DNA from: Hypanus sabinus
Lineage: Eukaryota
Length of the DNA stretch: 64,000 bases
NCBI RefSeq assembly: GCF_030144855.1
Contig: NC_082714.1
Span: forward strand, 94,798,001-94,862,000
Direction: 5' to 3'
Shown: positions 52,301 through 63,382 of the stretch, one piece after another
Layout: each line of letters begins with the position of its first letter
Position numbering within the stretch: position 1 is the stretch's first letter
Position numbers and translations under genes: made by a program
The notes under the pieces: generated by a model
The model's database searches: none
What the model saw: only the letters and a program-made list of their open reading frames with translations
What the model was told of the DNA's origin: nothing

Positions 52301-54524
52301 CCCTGTATTTTCACCCCACTGGCTCGCTCCCTCTCTATCTCTGTATATTTCGCACTTATCCCCAGTACCTCTTCTCATTCTCAGCTCACTCATTCTGATT
52401 CACTTAAAAAATTATTTTACAGTCACTTCATCATTTTCATCGCTTGTAACAACAAATCACAATTTTTTCAAACGATTTGTTCGAAGATTTAGTTTCACAA
52501 TTTTTATCTTCCAGCTAAACCGTTTTTCAGCTTTAGAGTGTTTTTTTAATGTTCTCAATACCTCATCCACAACAACCCCCTCCACCACTTCCCCCACCCC
52601 CGGATCCTGTACCGCGCCACCTGCACCGGATCACAAACAAGGCAGAAGCAGCATTGATTTGAGTAAATGTCGCTAAATAAAGGCCGTGCCAACACCGCCC
52701 CGGTCCCCGTGGGACATGGCGAGGTTCACGGCTGCGACAGTGTTATTTACAGATACATACTGTTCGACCATGTAAACTGCTATGAGGCAGGGTTTAACTG
52801 GACTGACCAGTGTCTGACGGTCAGGACTGGATAGAATGAAAAGGAACTTGTCCCAGGTCATTAATGACACGTTTTCGAGATTCCAATCCCGTCTCCCATA
52901 ACCCAATGAGAGGGGATCTTTAGAAAAAAAGCATTACACAGCACAAAACTGCAGGATATTAGGAGATAACATTTCACAAATAAAAATTAGGCAAGATACT
53001 TTCTAGTGCCGTCATTAGGTAAATGTTGATACCGAATGACACAAGCCGAGCATTTGTTTGGAAGAAATTTCTTATCATTCATTGCACAGTATGCAACCGT
53101 CTGTGGTCAGGTGGTGTCGGAATGCAGGGTGGGTGGTAATGAACTAAACCATGGACAAGAGAATCGAGAGGTGTGATGTCGCACACAGGGCCCACTGTCA
53201 GTGACATCGATCATTAGAGTGAGGATAAGAATCAGAATCAGGTTTAATATCAATGTCTGATGTCGTAGAATTTGATGCTTTGCGGCAAGGTTCAGTACAG
53301 TGAACGGCAATGCATGGAAACAATTATAAATATTTAATACATACAATTCCAAATATATTAAAATTACAATAATATATTAATGTGTAGTGTTGTTAATTAT
53401 ATAATAATAAAAGCAATATAGTGTATATATTAGATATATTAAATTATTATATGAAATAAATTCATAAAACATGTAAATTATACTTTATATTTATAATTCG
53501 ATTAATAAGTCGTAAATAGACGAATACTTTTTAAAAAATGAAATCGTGTTCAGTGTCCGTATCGAAATCTGAGGGCAAGGTGGGGAAAGTTGCTCTTTAA
53601 ATGGTGAGTGGTTACATTCATGCTCCTGGACATCATCTCCGAGGGCTGTAATGAGAAGAGATCATCTCTTGGATGATGGGTGGCCTTCATGATCGATGCC
53701 CCCTTTTTGAAACAACTTACACATACTGCCTCGCCAGCCGGATAAAGCACAAAGGCCGGGGAGAGTGTGAGAGAAATGGTTCATCTCCGCTTCTTGCGAT
53801 TCTGCAGAACAGCGGGTAATACAGGCTCCGTGGACTCGTCAACACCACTCTGAATCAAGAGTGGTCTGACCCAGCAGAAGACAGGAGAATGAATATGGGG
53901 AAGACTGGTCCATTAGAGACAAATGATGGGAACCCAAGGATTACTGAATGTCACTCGGAAACCACGCAGCGCCACACTGATCTTAGTCTCAGCGAGATCA
54001 ACTGCGTCCCAGTCAGTCCAAGCTAAACTCTACATGTGGTGTTTCTCTCGGATAGGATAACTGTATCTCACAATAACGTGTGCAAAATGCCGGACGAAAT
54101 CAGCACGTCAGGCATCATATTTTGAAAGGAGTAATTAGTCGACGTTTCAGGCTGAGACTCTTCCTCAAAACTCTTGATCGAAGATCTCTGCCAGAAACGT
54201 CAACATTTTATTCGCTTGGCCCGAATCGTCGATTGTTTACTCATTTCCATGAATGCTTCCTGACTTGCTGAGAACCACCAGCATTTTCCATTTGTTAATC
54301 TCGATTTCCAGCATCTGCAGCATCTCTTACGTGTACCTCTCAGTGTTGGTTCCTGAAGCCATGGTCATCGGATAATTTACATGATATAAACAGACACAAA
54401 AACGTGTACAATCACGTAAAATGAGTTTTATGGTTTGCAGTGTTCACAGCGTCAGAGCGTCCAAATTAAAAGCGTTTGCAGTAGGGCATATGCCCTTCAG
54501 AACTGAAGTGCGAAAAAAAGGTAT

Positions 54525-54738
54525 TGTAGCGGTGTGCTACAAGCAGCGCTAAAATTACGACACGGAGTCGGTAACTGCAGTCGAAGGAAAAACTTTATTC
54601 GAAAACTTCAGCCTCACTTTTAAGCCTCTGTCAACCGGCCCCCCATGGCGAAGAGGCTCCAAAGCTCTGTGCTCGCAAACCCCCGTAGGCTATCTAATTG
54701 TGAGTCGGTTCGGATACGCTAGGAAATGAGGCGCTACA
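54525..54738 (-). repeat. 3' LTR
   Basis: TGTAGCG...CGCTACA terminal inverted repeat. Identical by eye to 58531-58744. AATAAA on the minus strand. Confidence 0.97.
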
Positions 54739-57700
54739 TAACCCCCCCCCCCCCCCAGAACCGGCGATACACCCCCCAATGTCCACAGCCTGGGCCAGAA
54801 CCTGCTTGGGAGGTCGGCCTCTGCGCCGAGGCGCCGGAAACACGGCCGGTTGCGCCAGGTCCACATGGGCCGGCTTGAGGCGGTCCACCGTGAAAACCTC
54901 CTCCTTCCCCCCAACGTCCAGCACGAACGTGGACCCGTTGTTCCGGAGCACCGTAAACGGCCCCTCGTATGGCCGCTGCAGCGGTGGCCGATGCCCGCCC
55001 CTTCGTACAAACACAAACTTACAGTTCCGTAGGTCTTTGGGTACGCAGGTCGGGTGCCGCCCATGCTGTGAAGTGGGTATGGGGGCCAGGTTACCGAGCT
55101 TCTCGCGAAGTCTGCCCAGGACTGCAGCGGGTTCTTCCTCTTGCCCCCTCGGGGCTGGTAGGAACTCCCCGGGGACGGCCAGGGGCGCGCCGTATACCAA
55201 CTCGGCCGACGAGGCGTGCAGGTCGTCCTTGGGCGCTGTGCGGATGCCGAGAAGGACCCAGGGAAGCTCGTCCGCCCAGTTGGCTCCTCGCAGGCGGGCC
55301 ATGAGGGCCGACTTCAGGTGACGGTGGAAACGCTCCACTAGCCCGTTCGACTGTGGGTGGCAGGCAGTGGTGTGGTGCAGCTGAGTCCCCAAAAGGCTGG
55401 CCATAGCTGACCACAGGCTGGAGGTGAACTGGGCGCCTCTGTCGGAGGTAATGTGGGCTGGTACACCAAAGCGGGATATCCAGGTGGCGAGCAGGGCTCG
55501 GGCGCAAGATTCGGAGGTGGTGTCGGTGAGCGGGACCGCCTCTGGCCATCTTGTGAACCGGTCCACGATAGTCAGGAGGTAACGCGCTCCGCGCGACACT
55601 GGCAGGGGGCCCACGATATCCACATGAATGTGGTCGAAACGCCGGTGGGCGGGATGGAACTGCTGCGGTGGGGCTTTGGTGTGCCGCTGAACCTTGGCCG
55701 TCTGGCAGTGCAAGCACGTTCTGGCCCATTCACTGACCTGTTTGCGGAGACCGTGCCAAACGAACCTGCTGGAAACCAGCCGGACAGTTGTCCGGATGGA
55801 GGGATGCGCCAAGTTATGAATGGAGTCGAAAACACGTCGCCGCCAGGCTGCGGAGACGACCGGACGGGGCTGGTCGGTGGCGACGTCACAGAGTAGGGTC
55901 CTCTCACCTGGGCCCACGGGGAGGTCCTGGAGCTGCAAACCAGAGACTGCAGTCCTGTAACTCGGAATCTCCTCATCTACCTGCTGTGCCTCTGCCAGTG
56001 CCTCAAAGTCTACCCCTTGGGAAAGGGCATGAACGGTAGGGCGAGAGAGCGCATCCGCCACGACATTGTCCTTACCCGAGACGTGCCGGACATCCGTTGT
56101 GTATTCAGAGACGTAGGACAGGTGGCGTTGCTGGCGGGATGACCAGGGGTCGGATGCTTTCGTAAACGCAAAGGTAAGCGGTTTGTGGTCCGTGAACGCG
56201 GTGAAGGGCCGACCTTCTAGGAAGTACCTGAAATGCCGGATTGCCAGGTAGAGCGCCAACAGTTCCCGGTCAAAAGCACTGTACTTGAGCTCGGGTGGCC
56301 GCAGGTGTTTGCTGAAAAACGCCAGGGGTTGCCAGCGACCTGCGATGAGCTGCTCCAGCACCCCACCGACTGCCGTGTTTGATGCGTCCACTGTGAGGGC
56401 GGTAGGGGTGTCCATTCTGTGATGTACTAGCATTGCGGCGTCAGCCAAAGCTTCCTTCGTTTGAACGAAAGCGGCGGCGGACTCCTCGTCCCAGGTAATG
56501 TCCTTGCTCGGACCCGACATCAGGGCGAACAGGGGGCGCATGATCCGGGCAGCTGAAGGGAGGAAGCGGCGGTAGAAATTGACCATACCTACGAATTCCT
56601 GAAGGCCTTTGATCGTGGTGGGTCGGGGGAAGTGGCGGACCGCATCTACCTTAGCGGGCAGAGGGGCTGCCCCGTCTTTAGTAATCCTGTGGCCCAGGAA
56701 GTCAATGGTATCAAGTCCGAACTGGCATTTGGCAGGGTTGATTGTAAGACCGTACTCACTCAGTCGGGCGCAGAGTTGACGGAGGTGGGACAGATGCTCC
56801 TGACGACTGCCGCTGGCTATGAGGATGTCATCCAAATAGATGAACGCGAAGTCCAGGTCCCGTCCCACCGCGTCCATTAACCGCTGGAACGTCTGTGCGG
56901 CATTCTTCAGGCCGAACGGCATGTGGAGGAACTCGAAGAGGCCAAACGGGGTGATGAGAGCCGTTTTGGGGACGTCGTCAGGATGCATCGGGATTTGATG
57001 GTACCCTCGGACAAGGTCGACCTTGGAGAAGATCCGGGCGCCGTGCAGGTTTGCCGCAAAGTCCTGAATGTGCGGCACAGGGTAGCGGTCCGGTGTGGTA
57101 GCCTCGTTCAGCCTGCGGTAGTCGCCGCACGGTCTCCAGCCCCCCGTCGCTTTGGGCACCATGTGCAGGGGGGAAGCCCAGGGGCTGTCGGACCGCCGGA
57201 TGATCCCCAATTCCTCCATTCTCTGGAACTCCTCCTTCGCCAGTCGGAGCTTGTCCGGGGGAAGCCGCCGAGCACGGGCATGGAGGGGTGGTCCCTGTGT
57301 CGGGATGTGGTGCTGTACGCCGTGCCTGGGCATGGCTGCTGTGAACTGCGGTGCCAGAACCGATGGGAACTCCGCCAGGACCCTGGTGAAGTCGTTGTCG
57401 GACAGCGTGATGGAGCCGAGGTGAGGGGCTGGCAACTGGGCCGCGCCCAGGGAGAACGTCTGAAAGGTCTCGGCGTGTACCAGTCTCTTCCTGGGCAGGT
57501 CAACCAGCAGGCTGTGAGCTCGCAAAAAATCCGCACCCAGAAGCGGTTGGGCTACGGCGGCCAGTGTGAAGTCCCACGTGAACTGGCTGGGGCCGAACAG
57601 TAGCTGCACCTGACGGGTGCCATAGGTCCTTACTGTGCTGCCATTCGCGGCCCTCAGGGGGGGACCCGGTGCCCTGCTGCGGGTGTCGGAACTCGTCGGA

Positions 57701-57831
57701 GGTAAAACGCTGATCTCAGCCCCAGTATCAACCAAAAACCGGCGTCCCGACCTTCTATCCCACACATACAGGAGGCTATCCCGATGGCCAGACGCCGTAG
57801 CCATCAGCGGCGGCTGGCCCTGGCGTTTCCC
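54694..57831 (-). CDS. pol: Gypsy pol (PR-RT-RNase H-IN), probably expressed by -1 frameshift from gag
   Basis: [11 protein letters not shown] (protease), YLDD (RT), TVDASN/AFFSK (RNase H), HNLAH...CLHC and DIVGP/SDRG/VERFH (integrase), GPF motif. The 1066-codon frame is uninterrupted and ends inside the 3' LTR. Confidence 0.96.
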   Translation of the reverse strand, partial: GKRQGQPPLMATASGHRDSLLYVWDRRSGRRFLVDTGAEISVLPPTSSDTRSRAPGPPLRAANGSTVRTYGTRQVQLLFGPSQFTWDFTLAAVAQPLLGADFLRAHSLLVDLPRKRLVHAETFQTFSLGAAQLPAPHLGSITLSDNDFTRVLAEFPSVLAPQFTAAMPRHGVQHHIPTQGPPLHARARRLPPDKLRLAKEEFQRMEELGIIRRSDSPWASPLHMVPKATGGWRPCGDYRRLNEATTPDRYPVPHIQDFAANLHGARIFSKVDLVRGYHQIPMHPDDVPKTALITPFGLFEFLHMPFGLKNAAQTFQRLMDAVGRDLDFAFIYLDDILIASGSRQEHLSHLRQLCARLSEYGLTINPAKCQFGLDTIDFLGHRITKDGAAPLPAKVDAVRHFPRPTTIKGLQEFVGMVNFYRRFLPSAARIMRPLFALMSGPSKDITWDEESAAAFVQTKEALADAAMLVHHRMDTPTALTVDASNTAVGGVLEQLIAGRWQPLAFFSKHLRPPELKYSAFDRELLALYLAIRHFRYFLEGRPFTAFTDHKPLTFAFTKASDPWSSRQQRHLSYVSEYTTDVRHVSGKDNVVADALSRPTVHALSQGVDFEALAEAQQVDEEIPSYRTAVSGLQLQDLPVGPGERTLLCDVATDQPRPVVSAAWRRRVFDSIHNLAHPSIRTTVRLVSSRFVWHGLRKQVSEWARTCLHCQTAKVQRHTKAPPQQFHPAHRRFDHIHVDIVGPLPVSRGARYLLTIVDRFTRWPEAVPLTDTTSESCARALLATWISRFGVPAHITSDRGAQFTSSLWSAMASLLGTQLHHTTACHPQSNGLVERFHRHLKSALMARLRGANWADELPWVLLGIRTAPKDDLHASSAELVYGAPLAVPGEFLPAPRGQEEEPAAVLGRLREKLGNLAPIPTSQHGRHPTCVPKDLRNCKFVFVRRGGHRPPLQRPYEGPFTVLRNNGSTFVLDVGGKEEVFTVDRLKPAHVDLAQPAVFPAPRRRGRPPKQVLAQAVDIGGCIAGSGGGGGLCSASFPSVSEPTHN
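54742..54756 (-). other. Polypurine tract (G15)
   Basis: Poly-G on the minus strand, 3 nt before the 3' LTR. Confidence 0.85.
57786..57831 (-). promoter_or_regulatory. -1 ribosomal frameshift signal: G_GGA_AAC heptamer plus downstream hairpin
   Basis: Heptamer at 57825-57831 is in the correct gag phase, and pol is in the -1 frame. 5-nt spacer, then GGCCAG-C-CGCCG / CGGCG-T-CTGGCC stem at 57786-57819. Confidence 0.8.
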
Positions 57832-58490
57832 GGGAACTTGCAGGGCGGGCGGCAACGGCGGGCTCCTGCGCCCCACCGCTGGTGGTAGAAGCACCAGTGG
57901 TCATTGGGCCGGGGGTTAGTGGGCTCTGCGGCCGGGCCTGGACTGGTTTGCTGCCGGGAGCGTGGCTGGGAGATCTGTGCGATGGACGCCCCGCTCACCT
58001 TTTTGGCGTTCCACAGCAAGTCCGCCCGGGCTGCCACCTTCCGGGGGTCACTGAAATCCGCGTCGGACAGCAGCAGGCGTATGTCCTCGGGCAGCTGCTC
58101 CAGGAATGCCTGCTCAAACATGAGGCCTGTGTGTCCCTCGGCCAGAGACAACATCTCATTCATTAAAGCCGATGGAGGTCTGTCGCCCAAGCCATCCAGG
58201 TGCAGTAAACGGGCAGCCCGCTCGCGCCGTGAGAGTCCGAAAGTCCTGAGGAGCAGGGCTTTGAATTCCGTGTACTTGCCGTCTGCCGGGGGCGACTGTA
58301 CGAACTCCGCGACCTGGGCAGCTGTGTCCTGGTCGAGGGAGCCCACCACGTAGTAGTAGCGGGTGTCTTCTGAGGTGATCCGGCGAACGTGGAATTGGGC
58401 TTCGGCTTGCTGGAACCATAGATCCGGGCGCTGTGTCCAGAAACCCGGCAGTTTCAACGAAACCGCATGAACAGAGGCGGCGTCGGTCAT
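57804..58490 (-). CDS. gag: Gypsy gag, 228 aa from the first ATG
   Basis: [24 protein letters not shown]-terminal motif and C-terminal [18 protein letters not shown] (CHCC-type). Confidence 0.93.
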   Translation of the reverse strand: MTDAASVHAVSLKLPGFWTQRPDLWFQQAEAQFHVRRITSEDTRYYYVVGSLDQDTAAQVAEFVQSPPADGKYTEFKALLLRTFGLSRRERAARLLHLDGLGDRPPSALMNEMLSLAEGHTGLMFEQAFLEQLPEDIRLLLSDADFSDPRKVAARADLLWNAKKVSGASIAQISQPRSRQQTSPGPAAEPTNPRPNDHWCFYHQRWGAGARRCRPPCKFPGNARASRR

Positions 58491-58514
58491 TTCTGGTCCA
58501 AAAATCGTTTGGAC

Positions 58515-58528
58515 CGTCGGGGTCACCA
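58515..58528 (-). other. Primer-binding site complementary to tRNA-Trp
   Basis: TGGTGACCCCGACG, 2 nt inside the 5' LTR boundary. It matches the first 14 nt of the known tRNA-Trp PBS TGGTGACCCCGACGTGAT. Confidence 0.9.
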
Positions 58529-58530
58529 AT

Positions 58531-58744
58531 TGTAGCGGTGTGCTACAAGCAGCGCTAAAATTACGACACGGAGTCGGTAACTGCAGTCGAAGGAAAAACT
58601 TTATTCGAAAACTTCAGCCTCACTTTTAAGCCTCTGTCAACCGGCCCCCCATGGCGAAGAGGCTCCAAAGCTCTGTGCTCGCAAACCCCCGTAGGCTATC
58701 TAATTGTGAGTCGGTTCGGATACGCTAGGAAATGAGGCGCTACA
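58531..58744 (-). repeat. 5' LTR
   Basis: 214 bp with TG...CA ends, followed on the minus strand by the PBS. Confidence 0.97.
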
Positions 58745-59579
58745 GTATCTCCAATATTAAGCCATTCTTGGTGTGCAGGACTGCACGATGGGAGAGGATG
58801 CTGGCTCGATTCCGGAATCTTATTTGCTGTCTAAGAGTTCATTTAAGAAGAGCAGATCAGTCGCTGTTTGGACCTTTGACGGAACTTCAAAGAGGTCTCA
58901 ATAAATTTTCAGAGAGCTTAATATAATTGACGTCTCTATTTGAAGATAAAGACAATTGTGCAAATGCCAAGTCGTGTGTGAGAGGATAAAGAAAGGATTA
59001 TCAAATTCCTCAGAGAATGCTTAGATGCTTAGAGTATGAAAGATCTGATTAAAATAAAAATAGCGTGTCATAGAGTCATAAACACGACAGCACAGAAACA
59101 GGCCCTTAATCCAATCTAGTCCATGCCAAACTATTAACCTGTCTAGTCCCACTGACCTAACACCAGGATCATAGCCCTATGTACCATTCTCATCTAACTA
59201 CTTCTCTAAATATCTCTTAACTTTTCAAATCGGATCTTTAGCCAAATCTTCCATTGGCAGTTGATTTCACTCTCTCACCGTCCTCTGAGTGAAGACGTTA
59301 CCCTACATGTTCCCCTGAAACCTTTCAACTTTCATACTTAAACCATGACCTTTAGTTCCAGTCTTTCGCAACCTCTGGAAAGATGTCTTCTTGCATTTAA
59401 CCCTATCTCCACCCCGCTGGAAATGAGTGGCCTGATATGTCAAGAGTCACTAGAAAGCTTCTTGCAAGTAAGTATGATTTTTTTAACTGCAAAAGTAGAC
59501 ATGGATCAATATCAGGCTGAGAATGAATACATTAGAAAATAGAAATAAAAACAGCCATGAAATTATCCAAATATACAAG

Positions 59580-60680
59580 GGGAAACATAGAAATATAGAA
59601 AACCTACAGCTTAAGAAGGCCTTTCGGCCCAGAGCTGTACCAAACACGCCCTTACCTTAGAAATTACCTAGGGTTACCCACTCCCCTCCATTTGAACCTA
59701 TCCAAAAGTCTCTTAAAAGACCCTATCGTTTCTGCCTCCACCACCACAGCCGGCAGCCCATTCCACGCACTCACCAGCCTCTAAGAAAAAACCTTACCCC
59801 TGACATTTCCTCTGTATCTGCTCCCAAGCACCTTAAAACTATGCCCTCTTGTGTTAGCCATTTCAGCCCTGTGAAAAAGCCTCTGACTATCCACACAATC
59901 AATTCCTCTCATCATCTTACACTCACCTATCAGGTCACCTGTCATCCTCCGCCGATCCAAAGAGAAAAGGCCGAGCTCACTCAACCTGTTTTCATAAGAC
60001 ATGCTCCACAATCCAGGCAACTTCCTTGTAAATCTCCTCTGCACCCTTTCTATGGTTTCTCCATCCTTCCTCTAGTGAGGCGACTAGAACTGAGCGCAGT
60101 ACTCCAAGTGGGGCCTGGCCAGAGTCCTATATAGCTGTATCATTACCTGTCGGCTCTTAAACTCAATCCCACGGTTCATGAAGGCCTGCATCGTCTGCCT
60201 TCTTAACCACAGAGTCAACCTGCACCGTAGCTTTGAGTGTCCTATGGACTCGGACTCCAAGATCCCTCTGAACTTCAACACTGCCAAGAGTCTTAGCATT
60301 AATGCTATATTCTGCCATCGTATTTGACCTACCAAAGTGAAACACCTCACACTGGGTTGAACACCATCTACCACTTCTCAGCACAGTTTCACATCCTTTT
60401 AATGTCCCGCTGTAACCACAGACAAACCTACACACTATCCACAACACCCCAACCTTTGTGTCATACTGACATATCCCTTTTTTCCTCATCTGGGTCAGGT
60501 GTAAAAATCACGAAGAGTAGGGATCCCAGAACAGATCCCTGAGACACACCACTGGTGACCGACCTCCATGTCAGAATATGATCCGACTACAACCACTCTT
60601 TGCCTTCTGTGGGCAAGCCAGTTCTGGATCCACAAAGCGATGTCCCCTTGAATCCCATGCTTCCTATCTTTCTCAATAAG
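59580..60680 (-). mobile_element. CR1 3' fragment
   Basis: QRRFTRKLPGLWSMSYENRLSELG, ARPHLEYCAQF and a tail. Confidence 0.85.
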
Positions 60681-61169
60681 GTTTTATTTAAGGAGGGTAA
60701 ATAAAACCTCACGGAAATATAATAGAACGAAGATTAACATGATGCTCATGGCCGACAGCCTTTGGAAGAAGTTGGCTTTGAAGAACAGCAACCACAGCGT
60801 GTAAAAGAAGAGAGAAACAGAGAAAGAAACAGAGCGAGAGAGAAGGAGAGGTGATTGCGAGTGACAATTGTGTATCACAGTGGTGTGGATATTATTTGCT
60901 TTCCAATAGATACGCCTCAGTCTGGCCCAAATATTTGCGCTTATATTTGGCAGATTGAAACTGAATTAGTTGCAGTGTGATTATTAGTTTCAATCCCTAA
61001 TCCTGATTTGTGATTTGGGGAATGTGATTTGTGATTCCACAAAATAGAGTTGGCAAGTCCTGAGTCATTCCTGCACTGATTCACCTCGAACAATAACCAC
61101 ACCTTGCACAAGGAATGATCTCAATCTCTAAAACGTCAAAAGTAATAAATGTAAACAAACCATGCAGAA

Positions 61170-61700
61170 ATATAGAACCATAATGCTGCGCAATACTTGC
61201 ACTTACTTTTGAAATTACTTAAGGTTACCCATAGCCTTCTATTTTTCTAAGCTTCATGTACCCATCCAAGAGTCTCTTAAAAAGCCCTATTGTATCCGCC
61301 TCCATCACCGTTGCTGGCAGCCGATTCCAAGCACGCCATTCTCTGTGTAAAAACCTTACCCCTGCCATCTCCCCTGTACCTACTTCCAAGCTCCTTAAAC
61401 TGTGCCCTCTCGTATTAGGCATTTCAACCTTGAGAAAAAGCCTCTGACTATCCACCCGATCAATGCTTCTCAACAGCTTATACATCTCTATCAGGTCGCC
61501 TCACATCCTCCGTCGCTCCAAGCAGAAAAGGCCAAGTTCGCTCAACCCATCCTCATAAGCCATGCTCCAGAATCCAGGCAACATCCTTGTAAATCTCCTC
61601 TGCACCATTTCAATAGTTTCCACATCCTCCCTATAGTGGGGTGACCAGAAATTAGCACAATACTCCAAGTGGGGTCTGTGCATGTTTCTATATTAATATA
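61170..61700 (-). mobile_element. CR1 3' fragment
   Basis: RPHLEYCANFWSPHY, AWNRLPATVMEA. Confidence 0.85.
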
Positions 61701-62881
61701 ACATTATAAACGTGTAAGTCGGGTAGGAAAGGAAAGTGAGAGTGAGATAGACAGACAGACAGAGAGGGAAAGAGAGCCAGAACGATTAAACTTGGATAAG
61801 AGATAGAGCGTCAGAGTCCAATAATGAAAAACACACCCTTGCCTTCTTTTTCAATGACCCACATGTTAACCCTGTGGAAAAGGGAGTGTAGCTTAGAGTA
61901 GTAGTGAGGGATCAGTCCATTTGGTTGGGATATTCCCGCTTGACCAATGCATCGGGAATTTGGTCTAGAGAACTGGAGCGTTTTTCATGAAAAAAACTTC
62001 GACCTGCCTTTTGTATCATCAGATGCGTGTCCAGGCTCCTGAGCCAGGGTAAATACTTTCACACATTTAACACTTTCAAGGACTGGACAACTAATGTTAT
62101 TTACTAATTTATTTATGCATCCATTTATCAATTTATTAGTGTATTTGTTGTTTCTGCACAATTTGTCTGTTTCCGCACAATGGTTGTTTGTCTGTTTTCG
62201 TTTCTGCGTATCTTACTTGATTCCATTATGTTTCTAAGTATCTACTGCGAATGCCTGCAGGAAATTGAATGTCAGCTTAGTATATGGTAACATGCACATA
62301 TTTTTACAGTTAACTTGATTTGAATTTTCAACTTCATGATCCCAAACTTTGGGACGCCTTCTATTTACATAACGTAATTTAATCAATCCAGTGCTTACTG
62401 TTTAATTGTCATTGCACGTTGATGGCGAAGTTATCGTCAAGATGGGGGAATGTTTGGTATTGTGTGGATTTGATAATTGTGACCTTGAACGGTTTAGATC
62501 TCAATAATTACTTAGGAAGAATCGATGAGGCCGACTGCTTTCTGTTGTTACAGACAACATCTGCCGATATAGACATCTAAAATCAGCTTTAACTGAGTCT
62601 GTACAAACTTCTACATGACGGGATATGTGACACAAATGAAGCTGAAACATTTTAGAAGTGAGAAGTTAAGGTTTTGTAGATAATTGAGGTCGCCATTCCC
62701 AGATTCCAACTGTCGGGCGGTCTGTCTCCGCCCCATCCTTACCCTGGCGCCTCCCACTCATTAACATTTCCGTTAATAAACAGACCAGGGGCCACCGGTT
62801 TGCAGAAGCTGGATCCGGAGTCGCTCCCTTTGTTTATAGAACAGTGCACGAGTCGGTCGAAACATTGCTCTATCCGTAATA

Positions 62882-62930
62882 ATGTCCCGTGTGCTGCCTC
62901 TCCTCTGGGCTCTACTGGTTCACTTATCAG
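62882..62930 (+). CDS. IgL: IgL copy B leader exon
   Basis: Same peptide as copy A (one synonymous change). Donor gtgagt at 62931, acceptor ending at 63024. Confidence 0.93.
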
Positions 62931-63024
62931 GTGAGTGTCTTATTGCTTAAAAAAGCGACTACCGCTGATTTTCTAGCGCGTATTAAATGATTAGTGAGAC
63001 TTCTCTTACTGTGTTTCATCGCAG

Positions 63025-63382
63025 GTATCCTAGCGGTCCCAGTCCTCAATCAGACACCAACGTCCGGTCCTGTCTCCGCGGGACAAACGGCTCGCTTGGA
63101 GTGTCGGATGCAGAACGGAAAGGTTGGAAGTTACTACATGCACTGGTATCGACAGCGTCCCGGGGAGAAACCGGAGGGGTTGATTAGGCACGATCCAGTG
63201 GGTGATGATGATATATACCGAGGGAATGGGATCACAGACCGTTTCCAACCATCCAGAGACACTTCCAGCAGCATTCACATCCTGACCATCGGCAGCTTCG
63301 AGATCCGGGACGCCGCTGTTTATTACTGTGCAGCGTGGGATAATGCACATTTTCGGTCCAGGCACCATCCTGGATATAAAGA
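63025..63382 (+). pseudogene. IgL: IgL copy B pre-joined VJ exon, J out of frame by 2 nt
   Basis: V is intact to YYCAAWDNA, then reads HFRSRHHPGYKE. IFGPGTILDIK lies in another frame. The exon is 358 nt versus 360 nt in A. Donor gtaagt at 63383. The C exon is beyond the window. Confidence 0.92.

Larger units (their letters stand above)
54525..58744 (-). mobile_element. Intact Ty3/Gypsy LTR retrotransposon, CsRn1-like, 4220 bp
   Basis: Two 214-bp LTRs, GTAT TSD at 54521-54524 and 58745-58748, PBS, PPT, and open gag and pol. The empty paralogous site is near 15790. Confidence 0.97.

Noticed and set aside
54690-58420. Many long alternative-frame and antisense ORFs over the Gypsy element (e.g. 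56923-57603, 55091-55729)
   Set aside because: Expected shadow ORFs of GC-rich coding sequence, with no recognisable domains.
62994-63026. MRLLLLCFIAG start of the listed 130-aa ORF as a single-exon signal peptide
   Set aside because: It is the polypyrimidine tract of the leader intron read in frame from a TTG/GTG-type start. The real leader exon is at 62882-62930.
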